From Eledone cirrhosa (lineage: Eukaryota), in contig CAXHJY010000235.1 of NCBI GenBank assembly GCA_964016885.1, positions 1 to 64,000 of the forward strand: 64,000 bases of DNA. Direction: 5' to 3'. The position numbers and the translations under genes are program-made. Positions 1 to 17,865 of this stretch are shown here, one piece after another. How positions within the stretch are numbered: the first letter of the stretch is position 1; every line of letters starts with the position of its first letter. The notes beneath the pieces were generated by a model. It did not search any database. It was not told where the DNA came from and saw only the letters and a program-made list of their open reading frames with translations.

Positions 1-750
1 TATTGTAGGGCTTGGAATTTGCCAGCATTAAACTGCATGTTGTTTTCTTCCGCCCATCTGTATATGGCATCCAGATCCTGCTGTAAGAGGGCAGCGTCAG
101 CCGGGTTTTTGATTGCCTGTGCTACCTTAGTGTCATCAGCATAGCTAGTGAGGGATGTTGTTGCATGCACCACAGAGGGCATGTCCGAGAGAGCCACCAA
201 AAACAGTAGTGGTCCCAGGACTGTCCCCTGAGGCACCCCACTTGTTATCGGTGTTTCCCTCGAGAGGGCCCCATTTGCTGCGACTGCCTGGCTTCTGTCC
301 CTTAGGAAGCCATGCAGCCACTCACCTACTTTTCCAGTTATGCCGAGTCCGTGTAGTTTGTGACATATCATTCCGTGATCGACCTTGTCAAAGGCCTTCG
401 CAAAGATATATCACGTCTACATGTGAGCTGTCTAGTAGTTGTCTCAGTACCCAGTCGTAGTGATGTAGCAGCTGTGTAAGGCAGCTTCTTCCTGGGCAGA
501 AGCCATGTTGCGTGCTAGTCAGGCGGTCATTTTCTTCGAGGAGAGTGATTAGTTTCTTTCTGACGACTCGCTCCATGACCTTACTGATATGCGACGTCAG
601 GGAGACTGGCCTATAGTTCTTGGCCTCCGCTCTACTACCTCCTTTATGGATAGGGCATATTGTGCCTTCTTTCAGCTCCCTGGGTAGTACACCGCTAGCC
701 AAGGAGCTTCTGGAGAGCATCTTCATTGGAGTTGCTAAGGCCCGCTTACA
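1..750 (-). mobile_element. Non-LTR retrotransposon reverse transcriptase fragment (CR1/L2/Jockey-group), frameshifted, runs off the window start
   Basis: Minus-strand translation gives [32 protein letters not shown], then after a frameshift near 405 [24 protein letters not shown] and SYADDTK (about 125-145). These are canonical LINE RT motifs. Confidence 0.92.
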
Positions 751-897
751 TTTTTTTTTTTTTTTTTTTTTTTTGTATATATATATATATGTATATATAT
801 ATGTGTATATATATATGTGTATATATATATGTGTATATATATATGTGTATATATATATGTATATATATATATGTATATATATGTATATATGTATATG

Positions 898-944
<47 letters not shown>

Positions 945-1255
945 GTATATATATATATGTATATATATGTGTATATATATATGTATATATATATGTATAT
1001 ATATGTGTATATATATATGTATATATATATGTATATGTATATATATATGTATATATAAATATATATGTATATATATATGTATATATATGTATATATATGT
1101 GTATATATATACATGTATATATATATGTATATATATATGTATATATATGTATATATGTATATATAAATATATATGTATATATATATATGTATATATATAT
1201 ATGTATATATATGTATATATATATGTATATATATATGTATATATGTATATATATA

Positions 1256-1288
<33 letters not shown>

Positions 1289-1876
1289 ATATATATGTAT
1301 ATATGTATATATATATGTGTATATATATGTGTATATATATGTGTATATATATGTGTATATATATGTGTGTATATATATGTGTGTATATATATGTGTATAT
1401 ATATGTGTATATATATGTGTATATATATGTGTATATATATGTGTATATATGTATATATATGTGTATATATATATATGTATATATATATGTATATATATGT
1501 GTATATATATATATGTATATATATGTGTATATATATATGTATATATATGTGTATATATATATATGTATATATATGTGTATATATATATATGTATATATAT
1601 GTGTATATATATATATGTATATATATGTGTATATATATATGTATATATATGTGTATATATATATGTGTATATATATATGTGTATATATATGTGTATATAT
1701 ATATGTGTATATATATATGTGTATATATATGTGTATATATATATGTATATATTATGTATATATATATATATATGTATATATAAATATATATGTATATATA
1801 TATATGTATATATATGTGTATATATATATATGTATATATATATGTATATATATGTGTATATATATATGTATATGTA

Positions 1877-1941
<65 letters not shown>

Positions 1942-3002
1942 GTATATGTATATATGTATATATATATGTATATATATATATGTGTATATATGTGTATATA
2001 TATATGTATATGTATATATGTATATATATATGTATATATATATATGTGTATATATGTGTATATATATATGTATATATATATATATGTATATGTATATATA
2101 TATATGTATATATATATATGTATATATATGTGTATATATATGTGTATATATATATATGTATATATATGTGTATATATATATATGTATATATATGTGTATA
2201 TATATATATGTATATATATGTGTATATATATATATGTATATATATGTGTATATATATATATATGTATATATATGTGTATATATATATATGTGTATATATG
2301 TGTATATATATATATGTGTATATATGTGTATATATATATATGTGTATATATGTGTATATATATATATGTGTATATATGTGTATATATATATATGTATATA
2401 TATGTGTATATATATATATGTGTATATATGTGTATGTATATATATGTGTATATATATATATGTGTATATATGTGTATATATATATATGTGTATATATATA
2501 TATGTGTATATATGTGTATATATATATATGTGTATATATATATATGTATATATATGTGTATATATATATCTGTATATATGTGTATATATATATATGTATA
2601 TATGTGTATATATATATGTGTATATATATATGTGTATATATATATGTGTATATATATATATGTATATATATGTGTATATATATATATGTATATATATGTG
2701 TGTATATATATATGTGTGTATATATATATATATATGTATATATATGTGTATATATATGTGTATATATATATATGTGTATATATGTGTATATATATGTGTA
2801 TATATATATATATATATGTGTATATATATATATATATATATGTGTATATATATATATATATATGTGTATATATATATATATATGTGTATATATATATATA
2901 TATATGTGTATATATATATATATATGTGTATATATATATATATGTGTATATATGTGTATATATGTGTATATATGTGTATATATGTGTATATATATATATA
3001 TA
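751..3002. repeat. poly(T) followed by about 2.2 kb compound (TA)n/(TG) microsatellite
   Basis: Seen directly. Confidence 0.98.
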
Positions 3003-4194
3003 TCATCATCATCATCATCATCAACGTTTAACGTCCGTGTTCCACGCTTGCATGGATTTGGACGGGGGTATTCCCACTTGAGGCAAGAGTGATTGTCTTG
3101 CTCGCATAGGACTGTCTGGCAGGTTTTCTACAGTTGGATGCCCTTCCTAACACCAACCACATTTACAGTGTGGGTCTGGGACGTTTTTACCGTGTTGCCT
3201 ACACGGCCACATTACAGCGTGGACTGTGTGTTTTTTTGTCGTGACACCTACACGATCTCATTTGTTTCGGCCTGGATGGTGTGGCACCAACATAACTTTA
3301 CATAGAAGGGTGGGGGGGGGTGTATTTTGTTAGAGCTGCCTACTGACTGTAGTAGGTTTTACTTTGTATTTAGGTAAGGCGGGTCTTCTCTATTACTGAG
3401 TACCGCCAAAGGTCTCGGTCCAGTGACATTGTCTTGGTGAGGTGTAAGTGTGTGAGGTCGGAGTTTATCAGCTCGTCCCAGGTTTTTCTGGGTCTGCCTA
3501 TTCCGTGGCTACCGTCTATCTTTATTGCCCTGCACTTTGTTATACAGCTATCGTCCTTCATGCGCATCACGTGACCATACCAACGTAGCCTTCTCTCTAG
3601 TAAACAACATCTGATCCCTCTTATTTCTAATTTTTTCCTTAGTTCGTTTATGCTTTGTCGTTCACGTATATTACTATTACACATCCAGCGGAGCATGCAA
3701 GCTTCGTTTCTCTCTAGTCTGCGTATATCCTCTGCACACAATGCCCAGGTCTCACTGCCATGCAACATTGATGTTCGTATGCAGGCATCGTACAGCCTGC
3801 CTTTCATTTTTAGGGAGAACCCTTTAGCGGCTAATAGTGGTATAAGCTCTCTGAATTTTTTCCACCCAGTTCTGACTCTAGCTACTGTACTTTCAGAGCA
3901 CCCTCCCCCACTGCTGATTTTATCACCCAGGTAACGGAAGCTGTCCACTATTTCTATAGAACCCTCTGCGCAGTTGAAAGAGCTAGTATTTTACGGGCAC
4001 TTGCTGCTACTTATTTCCCCAGAACACCGGCCACATGTAAAATCTATGTTCTTAGTTAGCTTACCTGTGATCCCACTACATCTTTTATGCACCCAAACTT
4101 TGCATTTGGGACACAAAATGGAATTTCTACCTACGCCTTTCCTACACTCTGCGCATGGCCACTTCCCGGAGGGGACCGCCGCCTTATTTTCTTT
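3003..4194 (-). mobile_element. RTE-clade LINE, 5'-truncated copy 1 (PHD-like finger, C-terminal ORF, 3' UTR, (GAT)n tail)
   Basis: ORF 3370-3948 has FRYLG, LHGSETW, RRLRWYGHVMR and GRPRKTW, typical of the RTE ORF C-terminus. The (ATC)n at 3002-3023 is the (GAT)n tail. Flanked by (TA)n on both sides. Confidence 0.93.
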
Positions 4195-5949
<1,755 letters not shown>

Positions 5950-6013
5950 AATATTAAAAAAATAATGAATAAAACAATGAAACAGTTCCTTATATTAAAC
6001 AAAAAAAGTTCAT

Positions 6014-6158
6014 TATTTAACGATCGTTTCTAGGATATATATGTGTTAGAATTGGCATGCATATTCAACAGATCTATGTACAAAATTATACAAAATTATA
6101 CAAACTATCAAGATTAAATATACATACCAAACACACACATATGCCGTCTTCAGAAATA
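6014..6158 (-). ncRNA. Type I hammerhead ribozyme with about 115-nt extended stem II (solo PLE pLTR-like unit, about 5950-6160)
   Basis: Minus strand reads tattt-CTGAAGA-[long hairpin]-GAAAC-gatc-GTT-aaata. Stem I is tattt/aaata and the stem III region is the palindrome AACGATCGTT. The stem II arms pair extensively, with G-U wobbles. Confidence 0.75.
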
Positions 6159-7240
<1,082 letters not shown>

Positions 7241-7449
7241 GTATTAAGTATACTATTTATGGTTATGCAAATACAAAAACCTTTTGTAGTTATATATATT
7301 TTTTTAAACCCTAAATAGTGGTAGGCAGTAATGTATTACTACCTTATTACCAGTAAGTTAAATAGCTCAATGTAATAACATCAGATGATTTACCGAGCAG
7401 TTATATGAATTATAAGAATCAAAGAACTGTTCAAAACATTTTTATCCTT

Positions 7450-8643
7450 CTTTACATTTACGTGGATACCAAGTCTAATCACCCTAGATCAATATTAAAC
7501 TCTATCTCTAAGGGGGTATCCAATAGAATCTCTAATCTATCCTATGACGCAAACATATTTAGCAAAAACTCGCAATATTATAATCAAGCATTAGCTATAA
7601 TTTAGAGATTGAGTTCCTACCTAAGAAAACACATAGCTACAACATCATCTCGCACAATATGTCCATGGGGAAACCTAGTAATATGAATAGCAACCACATG
7701 CACACTAAAGCGGAGGGTGCCACCAAAAGTAACCATTACCACAGAAACTACTGTAGTACATTAGGAGGAAACAACACACCAGACACTAAAAACAAAAATA
7801 GAAGAAATAATACATTTTTCCACCCTCCTTTCAACCTAAACGTCTCCACCAACATACCTAGGGCTTTCTTCTCACTACTAGATAAAAACTTCCCTCTAGG
7901 ACACAAGTACCATAACCTTTTAAACAAAAACATTATTAAAATCTCATACTCTACGACGCCTAACTTAGCATACCACATAGCTAGCAGCAATAAAAGTAAA
8001 ATTAATTCTTACTTCCAACAAACGAAATCACAACAGGAGGTAAACCTTCAAAATACCTCTGTAGCAAGCAACCCTAATAACGGCAGTAATAATAGAAATA
8101 ACACTAGTATAAGAAATAACACCGGGGTCGACAACCCAAATGTCCAAAATCCTATAGCTACCACCCGGACTTCTGCACAGCATTATAACCAGCAGACTAA
8201 CACCCAGGATAATTGTAACTGTATAGCTAATAGAACCTGCCCTTTAGATAATAAATGCCTAACCAAGGATATCATATACTCTTGCACCGTCACAACTAGC
8301 AACTCTTCAGAAACCTATGTAGGCTCCACTTCTAACTGCTTCAAAATCAGATATAATTCGCACATCCACTCGTTCAAAAAGCACAGTCTAGCTAACTCCA
8401 CCTCACTATCTAGCTACATACACTATCTAAAAACTAAAAATAAACCATACACACTCAAATGGGAAGTGATAGGCAGCGCGACTTCGTACAAACCACCTAA
8501 TAAATTTTGTAACCTCTGTATACTAGAGACCCACACTATTATTTTCTCTAACCGTAACCTACTTAACAAAAAAATCTGAAGTGTTTGCAACTTGCCAGCA
8601 CCGCTTCAGACATTCCTTCCAAAACTTTAAGCCCAATATATAG
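7450..8643 (+). pseudogene. PLE ORF C-terminal half: RT thumb/linker plus GIY-YIG endonuclease, with frameshifts
   Basis: YVDTKSNHPRSIL, FHPPFNLNVSTNI, KISYSTTPN, CNCIANRTCPLDNKC, DIIYSC..TYVGST..FKIRYNSH, LKW, CNLC and LLNK, then after an A-run frameshift near 8570 SEVFATCQH. The frame is also broken near 7605-7660. Confidence 0.88.
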
Positions 8644-10058
8644 CAATGTCGGACTTGAACCAGACACCACCTCTAGCATCAAACACCATCGGCACACCTT
8701 ATACCACATCCCCACACTCATTGATCTAATATAACACAAATCGGGACATCCCTCTAGAACCCTTCACAGTAGGAATACTCCTTTGTACTTCTACTTTAGG
8801 TGTGACTACATCCAGTTGCTTGAACTGCACTACACCACTTTATAGTTAATGTAAAATTTAAGCATTGGATTGATTGTATTGTTGGTGCTATGCGGAGGAA
8901 GTGCCATCGTTGGTTAAATGGAAAACTAATTAATCTAGTAACGTTGATGAGCTGTACGACCGGTATGCTGAGTGCAGTGAATGTATTGCAGGTGGTGTAT
9001 GGGTTGTACATATATGTATGATTTGATGGTCGGATCGGAGACATGAGGAGTGTGGATTGACCTCTGGTTGGCCCTGGTGATGATTATCTTTCGACATCCA
9101 ATATAGCATGCACTGACCCGGAACTTACCAGGGATCATTGTGTGTTGAAGTGATTCTGCAATCACCTTGCCTGGTTCTTTGAGTAGACTGCAATCACAAT
9201 GATCAGTAATTTAGAAATCTCGCTCGTCGTGTCTAATATTCATTTGTGGCACTCTACGATGGCGGTTAATCACCATAATAAGAACACCTTCAGCACAGCT
9301 TAATAGACTACTTTATAGTTAAAACACTTTAAATTTTTAGAAATCTTTCAGAAACTGCGCATAACCATATAAGTTAGGGACTATTTTGAGACAGAATTTA
9401 ATAGTTAGTAATAGAAACCACTGAGTTACCTCCCCTTAGCCACACACACACTTCCGGGTAATATTTCGATGTCGATTCTCGCAACCTAACATCCTCCTGT
9501 ATTGAGCTAAAGAACATCAGACTACGATTCTCTAACTGGATTGTCAAACGCCCAATATCGAATCGTCGTGGATTATGTGAGGGGCATATAATCTGAAAAA
9601 TACGCTCCCCAGACTATGAAAATGTCGCAGTGCATGAAATCCATATCATCGCTTCGCTACGCATTTCCAATATTTTTAATGCTTACATTATTTTTAATAC
9701 TTATATTATTTCTCCACACACAGGCTATAACAATCATATAAAGAATTCATTACCAGATCAACCCCCTTAACACTCTTGATTACCTGCTTAAGTGCTTCTA
9801 TTACACGTAACTCTCTGCCACACTATATAAACAAGACGCACGTGCTTGCCACACATATAACCATTGCACTCTATAACCGCTTAATTTCATGTATTTTAAC
9901 CTGTATTTTTGATTATATCTTTTAATATGAATGTAATCTCTAAATGTATACTGCCACACTAAATGCTGTAATGAATGTTGACCCACAAAATTTGCATATG
10001 TATCTGTATGTCTCTTGGGTGAAAAGGAGGTCATATAAGTGTTCATTCAATAATAAAT

Positions 10059-10105
10059 TGCTCCGAAGAATCCAAACCTCGGTTTGGAGGAAACAGTTGT
10101 AAGCA
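10059..10105 (+). ncRNA. Minimal type I hammerhead ribozyme of the PLE pLTR (variant core)
   Basis: tgct-CCGAAGA-a-tccaaacc-tc-ggtttgga-g-GAAAC-agtt-GTA-agca. Stem II is 8 bp and stem I 4 bp, with predicted cleavage after 10101. It has a U4C change and an A.G mismatch at 10.1/11.1. Confidence 0.75.
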
Positions 10106-10147
10106 TAAAAATGTTTTGAACAGTTCTTTGATTCTTATAATTCATAT

Positions 10148-10556
10148 GTATATATATATAAATAAATGTATATATATATATATGTGTATGTATATATATA
10201 TATATATATATATGTGTATGTATATATATATATATATATATATGTGTATGTATATATATATATGTATGTGTATGTATATATATATATGTATGTGTATGTA
10301 TGTATATATATATATGTATGTGTATGTATGTATATATATATATGTATGTGTATGTATGTATATATATATATGTATGTGTATGTATGTATATATATATATG
10401 TATGTGTATGTATGTATATATATATATGTATGTGTATGTATGTATATATATATATGTGTATGTATGTATATATATATGTGTATGTATATATATATATATA
10501 TATGTGTATGTGTATGTATGTATATATATATGTGTATGTATATATATATATATATA

Positions 10557-10589
<33 letters not shown>

Positions 10590-10594
10590 GTGTG

Positions 10595-10631
<37 letters not shown>

Positions 10632-10806
10632 ATGTATATATATATATATATATGTGTATGTATATATATATATATATATATGTGTGTATGTATATATATA
10701 TATATATATATGTGTATGTATATATATATATATATATATGTGTGTATGTATATATATATATATATATATGTGTGTATGTATGTATATATATATATATATA
10801 TATGTG

Positions 10807-10843
<37 letters not shown>

Positions 10844-10849
10844 ATGTAT
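10148..10849. repeat. (TA)n/(TATG)n microsatellite
   Basis: Seen directly. Confidence 0.97.
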
Positions 10850-12115
10850 ATCATCATCATCGTCATCAACGTTTAACGTCCGTGTTCCACGCTTGCATGG
10901 GTTTGGACGGGGTTAGTCCCACTTGAGGCAAGAGTGATTGTCTTGCTCGCATAGGACTGTCTGGCAGGTTTTCTACAGTTGGATGCCCTTCCTAACACCA
11001 ACCACATTTACAGTGTGGGTCTGGGAGGTTTTTACCGTGTTGCCTACACGGCCACATTACAGCGTGGACTGTGTGTTTTTTTGTCGTGACACCTACACGA
11101 TCTCATTTGTTTCGGCCTATGGCGCGGCACCAACATAACTTTACATAGAATGGGGTGGGGGTGGTGGTGGTGGGACGGGGTGTATTTTGTTAGAGATGCC
11201 TACTGGTTGGAGTAGGTTTTACTATATATTTAGGTAAGGCGGGTCTTCTCTGTTACTGAGTACCGCCAAAGGTCTCGGTCCAGTGACATTGTCTTGGAGA
11301 GGTGTAAGTGTGTGAGGTCGGAGTTTATCAGCTCGTCCCAGGTTTTTCTAGGTCTGCCTATTCCGTGACTACCGTCTATCTTTATTGCCCTGCACTTTGT
11401 TATACAGCTATCGACTTTCATGCGCATCACGTGTCCATACCAACGTAGCCTTCTCTCGAGTAAACAACATCTGATCCCTCTTATCTCTAATTTTTTCCTT
11501 AGTTCGTTTATGCTTTGCCGTTCACGTATATTACTGTTACACATCCAGCGGAGCATGCAAGCTTCGTTCCTCTCTAGTCTGCGTATATCCTCTGCACACA
11601 ATGCCCAGGTCTCACTGCCATGCAGCATTGCTGTTCGTATGCAGGCATCGTACAACCTGCCTTTCATTTTTAGGGAGAACCCTTTAGCAGCTAATAGTGG
11701 TATAAGCTCTCTGAACTTTTTCCAACCAGTTCTGACTCTAGCTACAGTACTTTCAGAGCACCCTCCCCCACTGCTGATTTTATCGCCCAGGTAACGGAAG
11801 CTGTCCACTATTTCTATAGAACCCTCTGCGCAATTGAAAGAGCTAGTATTTTGTGGGCACTTGCTGCTACTTATTGCACCAGAACACCGGCCACAATGTA
11901 AAATCTATGTTCTTAGTTAGCTTACCTGTGATCCCACTACATCTTTTATGCACCCATACTTTGCATTTAGGACATAAAATGGAGTTTCTACCTACGCCTT
12001 TCCTACACACCGAGCACGACCATTTCCCAGAAGGGACCGCCGCCTTGTTTTCTTTCCTACAAACTAGAACTTTGGTCTTAGCCAGGTTAATTTTAAGTCC
12101 TTTTGACTCTAGGCC
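10850..12115 (-). mobile_element. RTE-clade LINE, 5'-truncated copy 2
   Basis: ORF 11230-11808 is nearly identical to 3370-3948, with the same 3' UTR and (GAT)n-type tail. Confidence 0.93.
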
Positions 12116-12445
12116 TATATATATATATATATGTGTATGTATATATATATATATATATGTATGTATATATATATATATATATATATATGTATCTATGTAT
12201 ATATATATAGTTATATTTGGGGAGGGTCATATTTGCGTAATATTGCCAGAGTTAATAACAGAACACACTCACTGTTTGGTTGGTTTTCGCTTCTCGCTGT
12301 CTTTTATATATATATATCTGCGATCTAACTTACTCGGTCCTCAATGTTGCCATTGACTGACCGGCGGTCAAAAATAATACAGATACAATATAGACACAAA
12401 CACATATATATAGTTTACATAATTTGAATAAATCCTCGCAAAACT

Positions 12446-12492
12446 ATATATATATATATATCTATCTATATATATATATATATATATGTGTG

Positions 12493-12525
<33 letters not shown>

Positions 12526-12778
12526 GTGTATATATATATATATGTGTATATATGTATATATGTGTGTGTGTGTGTATATATATGTGTATGTGTGTGTGTA
12601 TATATATATGTGTATATGTGTGTGTGTATATATATATGTGTATATGTGTGTGTGTGTATAAATATATGTGTATATGTGTGTGTATGTATATGTGTATATG
12701 TGTGTGTATATGTGTGTGTGTATATATATATATATATGTGTGTGTGTGTATATATATGTGTGTGTATATATATATACA

Positions 12779-12829
<51 letters not shown>

Positions 12830-12888
12830 ATATGTGTATATATGTGTATGTGTATATATGTGTATGTGTGTATATATGTGTATATATA
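12446..12888. repeat. (TA)n/(TG)n microsatellite
   Basis: Seen directly. Confidence 0.97.
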
Positions 12889-12890
12889 CT

Positions 12891-14306
12891 CCTGGCTAAG
12901 ACAAAAGTTCTAGTTTGTAGGAAAGAAAATATGGTGGCAGTCCCATCTGGGAAATGGCCATGCTCAGTGTGTAGGAAAGGCGTAGGTAGAAACTCCATTT
13001 TATGTCTCAAATGCAAAGTATGGGTGCATAAAAGATGTAGTGGGATCACAGGTAAGCTAACTAAGAACATAGATTTTACATGTGGCCGGTGCTCTGGTGC
13101 AATAAGCAGCAGCAAGTGCCCACAAAATACTAGCTCCTTCAACTGCGCAGAGGGTTCTATAGAAATAGTGGACAGCTTCCGTTACCTGGGTGACAAAATC
13201 AGCAGTGGGGGAGGGTGCTCTGAAAGTACAGTAGCTAGAGTCAGAACATCAGCAGTGGGGGAGGGTGCTCTGAAAGTACAGTAGCTAGAGTCAGAACTGG
13301 ATGGAAAAAGTTCAGAGAGCTTATACCACTATTAGCCGCTAGAGGGTTCTCCCTAAAAATGAAAGGCAGGTTATACGATGCCTGCATACGAACAGCAATG
13401 CTGCATGGCAGTGAGACCTGGGCATTGTGTGCAGAGGATATACGCAGACTAGAGAGGAACGAAGCTTGCATGCTCCGCTGGATGTGCAATAGTAATATAC
13501 GTGAACGGCAAAGCATAAACGAACTAAGGAAAAAATTAGAAATAAGAGGGATCAGATGTTGTTTACTCGAGAGAAGGCTACGTTGGTATGGACATGTGAT
13601 GCGCATGAAAGACGACAGCTGTATAACAAAGTGCAGGGCAATAAAGATAGACGGTAGCCACGGAGTAGGCAGACCCAGAAAAACATGGGACGAGCTGATA
13701 AATTCCGACCTCACACGCTTACACCTCTCCAAGACAATGTCACTGGACCGAGACCTTTGGCGGTACTCAGTAATAGAGAAGACCCGCCTTACCTAAATAC
13801 AAAGTAAAAACCTACTACAGTCAGTAGGCATCTCTATCAAAACACACCCCCGTCCCACCACCTCCACCCCACCCACACCGCCCCTTTCAATGTAAAGTTA
13901 TGTTGGCCCCACAACATCCAGGCCGAAACAAATGAGATCGTGTAGGTGTCACGACAAAAAACACACAGTCCACGCTGTAAATGTGGCCGTGTAGGCAACA
14001 CGGTAAAAACCTCCCAGCCCCACACTGTAAATGTGGTTGGTGTTAGGAAGGGCATCCAGCTGTAGAAAACCCGCCAGACAGTCCACGCTGTAATGTGGCC
14101 GTGTAGGCAACACGGTAAAAACCTCCCAGCCCCACACTGTAAATGTGGTTGGTGTTAGGAAGGGCATCCAACTGTAGAAAACCCGCCAGACAGTCCTATG
14201 CGAGCAAGACAACCACTCTTGCCTCAAGTGGGAAAACCCCCGTCCAAACCCATGCAAGCGTGGAACACGGACGCTAAACCTGATGATGATGATGATGATG
14301 ATGATG
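12891..14306 (+). mobile_element. RTE-clade LINE, 5'-truncated copy 3, with two internal tandem duplications
   Basis: [22 protein letters not shown] and ORF 13359-13796. The (GAT)n tail lies at 14281-14306. Duplications at 13198-13297 and 13965-14189. Confidence 0.93.
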
Positions 14307-14921
14307 TGTGTATATATATATATGTGTGTATATATATATATGTGTGTATATATATATGTGTGTATATATATATATATGTGTGTATATATATGTGTGTATA
14401 TATATATATGTGTGTATATAGATATATATGTGTATATATATATATGTGTGTATATAGATATATATGTGTGTATATATATATATGTGTGTATATATATATG
14501 TGTGTGTATATATATGTGTGTGTGTATATATATATGTGTGTGTGTATATATATATATGTGTGTATATATATATATGTGTGTATATATATATATGTGTGTA
14601 TATATATATATATATGTGTGTATATATATATGTGTGTGTATATATATATGTGTGTGTATATATATGTGTGTGTATATATATATGTGTGTGTATATATATA
14701 TGTGTGTATATATGTGTGTGTATATATATATGTGTGTGTGTATATATATATGTGTGTATATATATGTGTATATATATGTATATATGCGTGTATATATATG
14801 TATATATGCGTGTATATATATATATATATGTGTGTGTATATATATGTGTATATATATGTATATATATGTGTATGTATATATATATGTGTATTTATTCATA
14901 TATATATATATATATATATAT
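14307..14921. repeat. (TA)n/(TG)n microsatellite
   Basis: Seen directly. Confidence 0.97.
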
Positions 14922-15395
14922 GGGCTTTAATCTTTCTATATATCATTTGTGTTGTTTTTATTGGTTGTTGTTGGTGGTGGTGGCAGTGGTGCTAGTGGTA
15001 GTGGTGCTAGTGATAGTGGTGATTGTGGTAGTGGGTTGTGGGTGGTAGTGATGGTCTAAACAGATAGCAAGCAGATCAATGACCAATATTCCCTGGTCTG
15101 ATAAAGTAAGATGTGAAACAAAAGCCAAATTGATTGGTTGCATTTTTTCCTTTTTAACGCCAGCCTACTTATGCTGTTTCCTTGTCTTCTTGTATTCTTG
15201 ATCTGCACAACTTTCTAATAGTCGTGTATTGCTGTATATATATATATTTTTATATGCATATATGCATGGTTTTTGTGTGTGTATGTGTATATTTTCCTTT
15301 CATATTCTAGATGTATACAACTTTCTAACAGCCATATATTTGTGAACATGTGTGTGGCTGTGTATATATATATGTGTGTATTTATGTATGTATGA

Positions 15396-15724
15396 TATCC
15401 AATGATGTTGACTTGTTCTTCTTTTTGGTAAATATCATTTTGGTTAAGAGAGTGGGACTGGCTTTGTGCAGTGCTTTTGCTCACTATAAAAGCTTCACGG
15501 CACAGGCATTGCTTTATATCTGGAGATCTCTCTGCACTTGTAGTCACATGGTACCATAGGCCCAGCACTATGTGTCAATAATTGTCACAAGTGTAGTGTT
15601 TGCACCAGAGTTTTCAAGTCGCTGGCTGGACTAAAAAGCCACACTCGTTCAGCGCATCGGTAGGGGTTCTCCTACATGGATATAAAGTAGTGGCCGTACT
15701 CGAAAACGAGCTGGCAGCCACCAT
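15396..15724 (+). mobile_element. 3' fragment of a second RTE-related family (C2H2 zinc-finger remnant)
   Basis: Encodes [23 protein letters not shown], resembling an RTE/BovB C-terminal finger. Highly similar to 48724-49050. Confidence 0.7.

Positions 15725-17865
<2,141 letters not shown>

Larger units (their letters stand above)
7403..10147 (+). mobile_element. Penelope-like element, 5'-truncated (RT core absent), bounded by a perfect 43-bp inverted repeat
   Basis: GIY-YIG ORF remnant, terminal hammerhead, 7403-7445 is the exact reverse complement of 10105-10147, and the 3' end abuts a (TA)n tract. Confidence 0.88.

Noticed and set aside
12205-12445. Two short unique islands between microsatellites (one similar in style to 49420-49550)
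   Set aside because: Probably ends of other repeats. No HHR core, TIR or ORF could be assigned.
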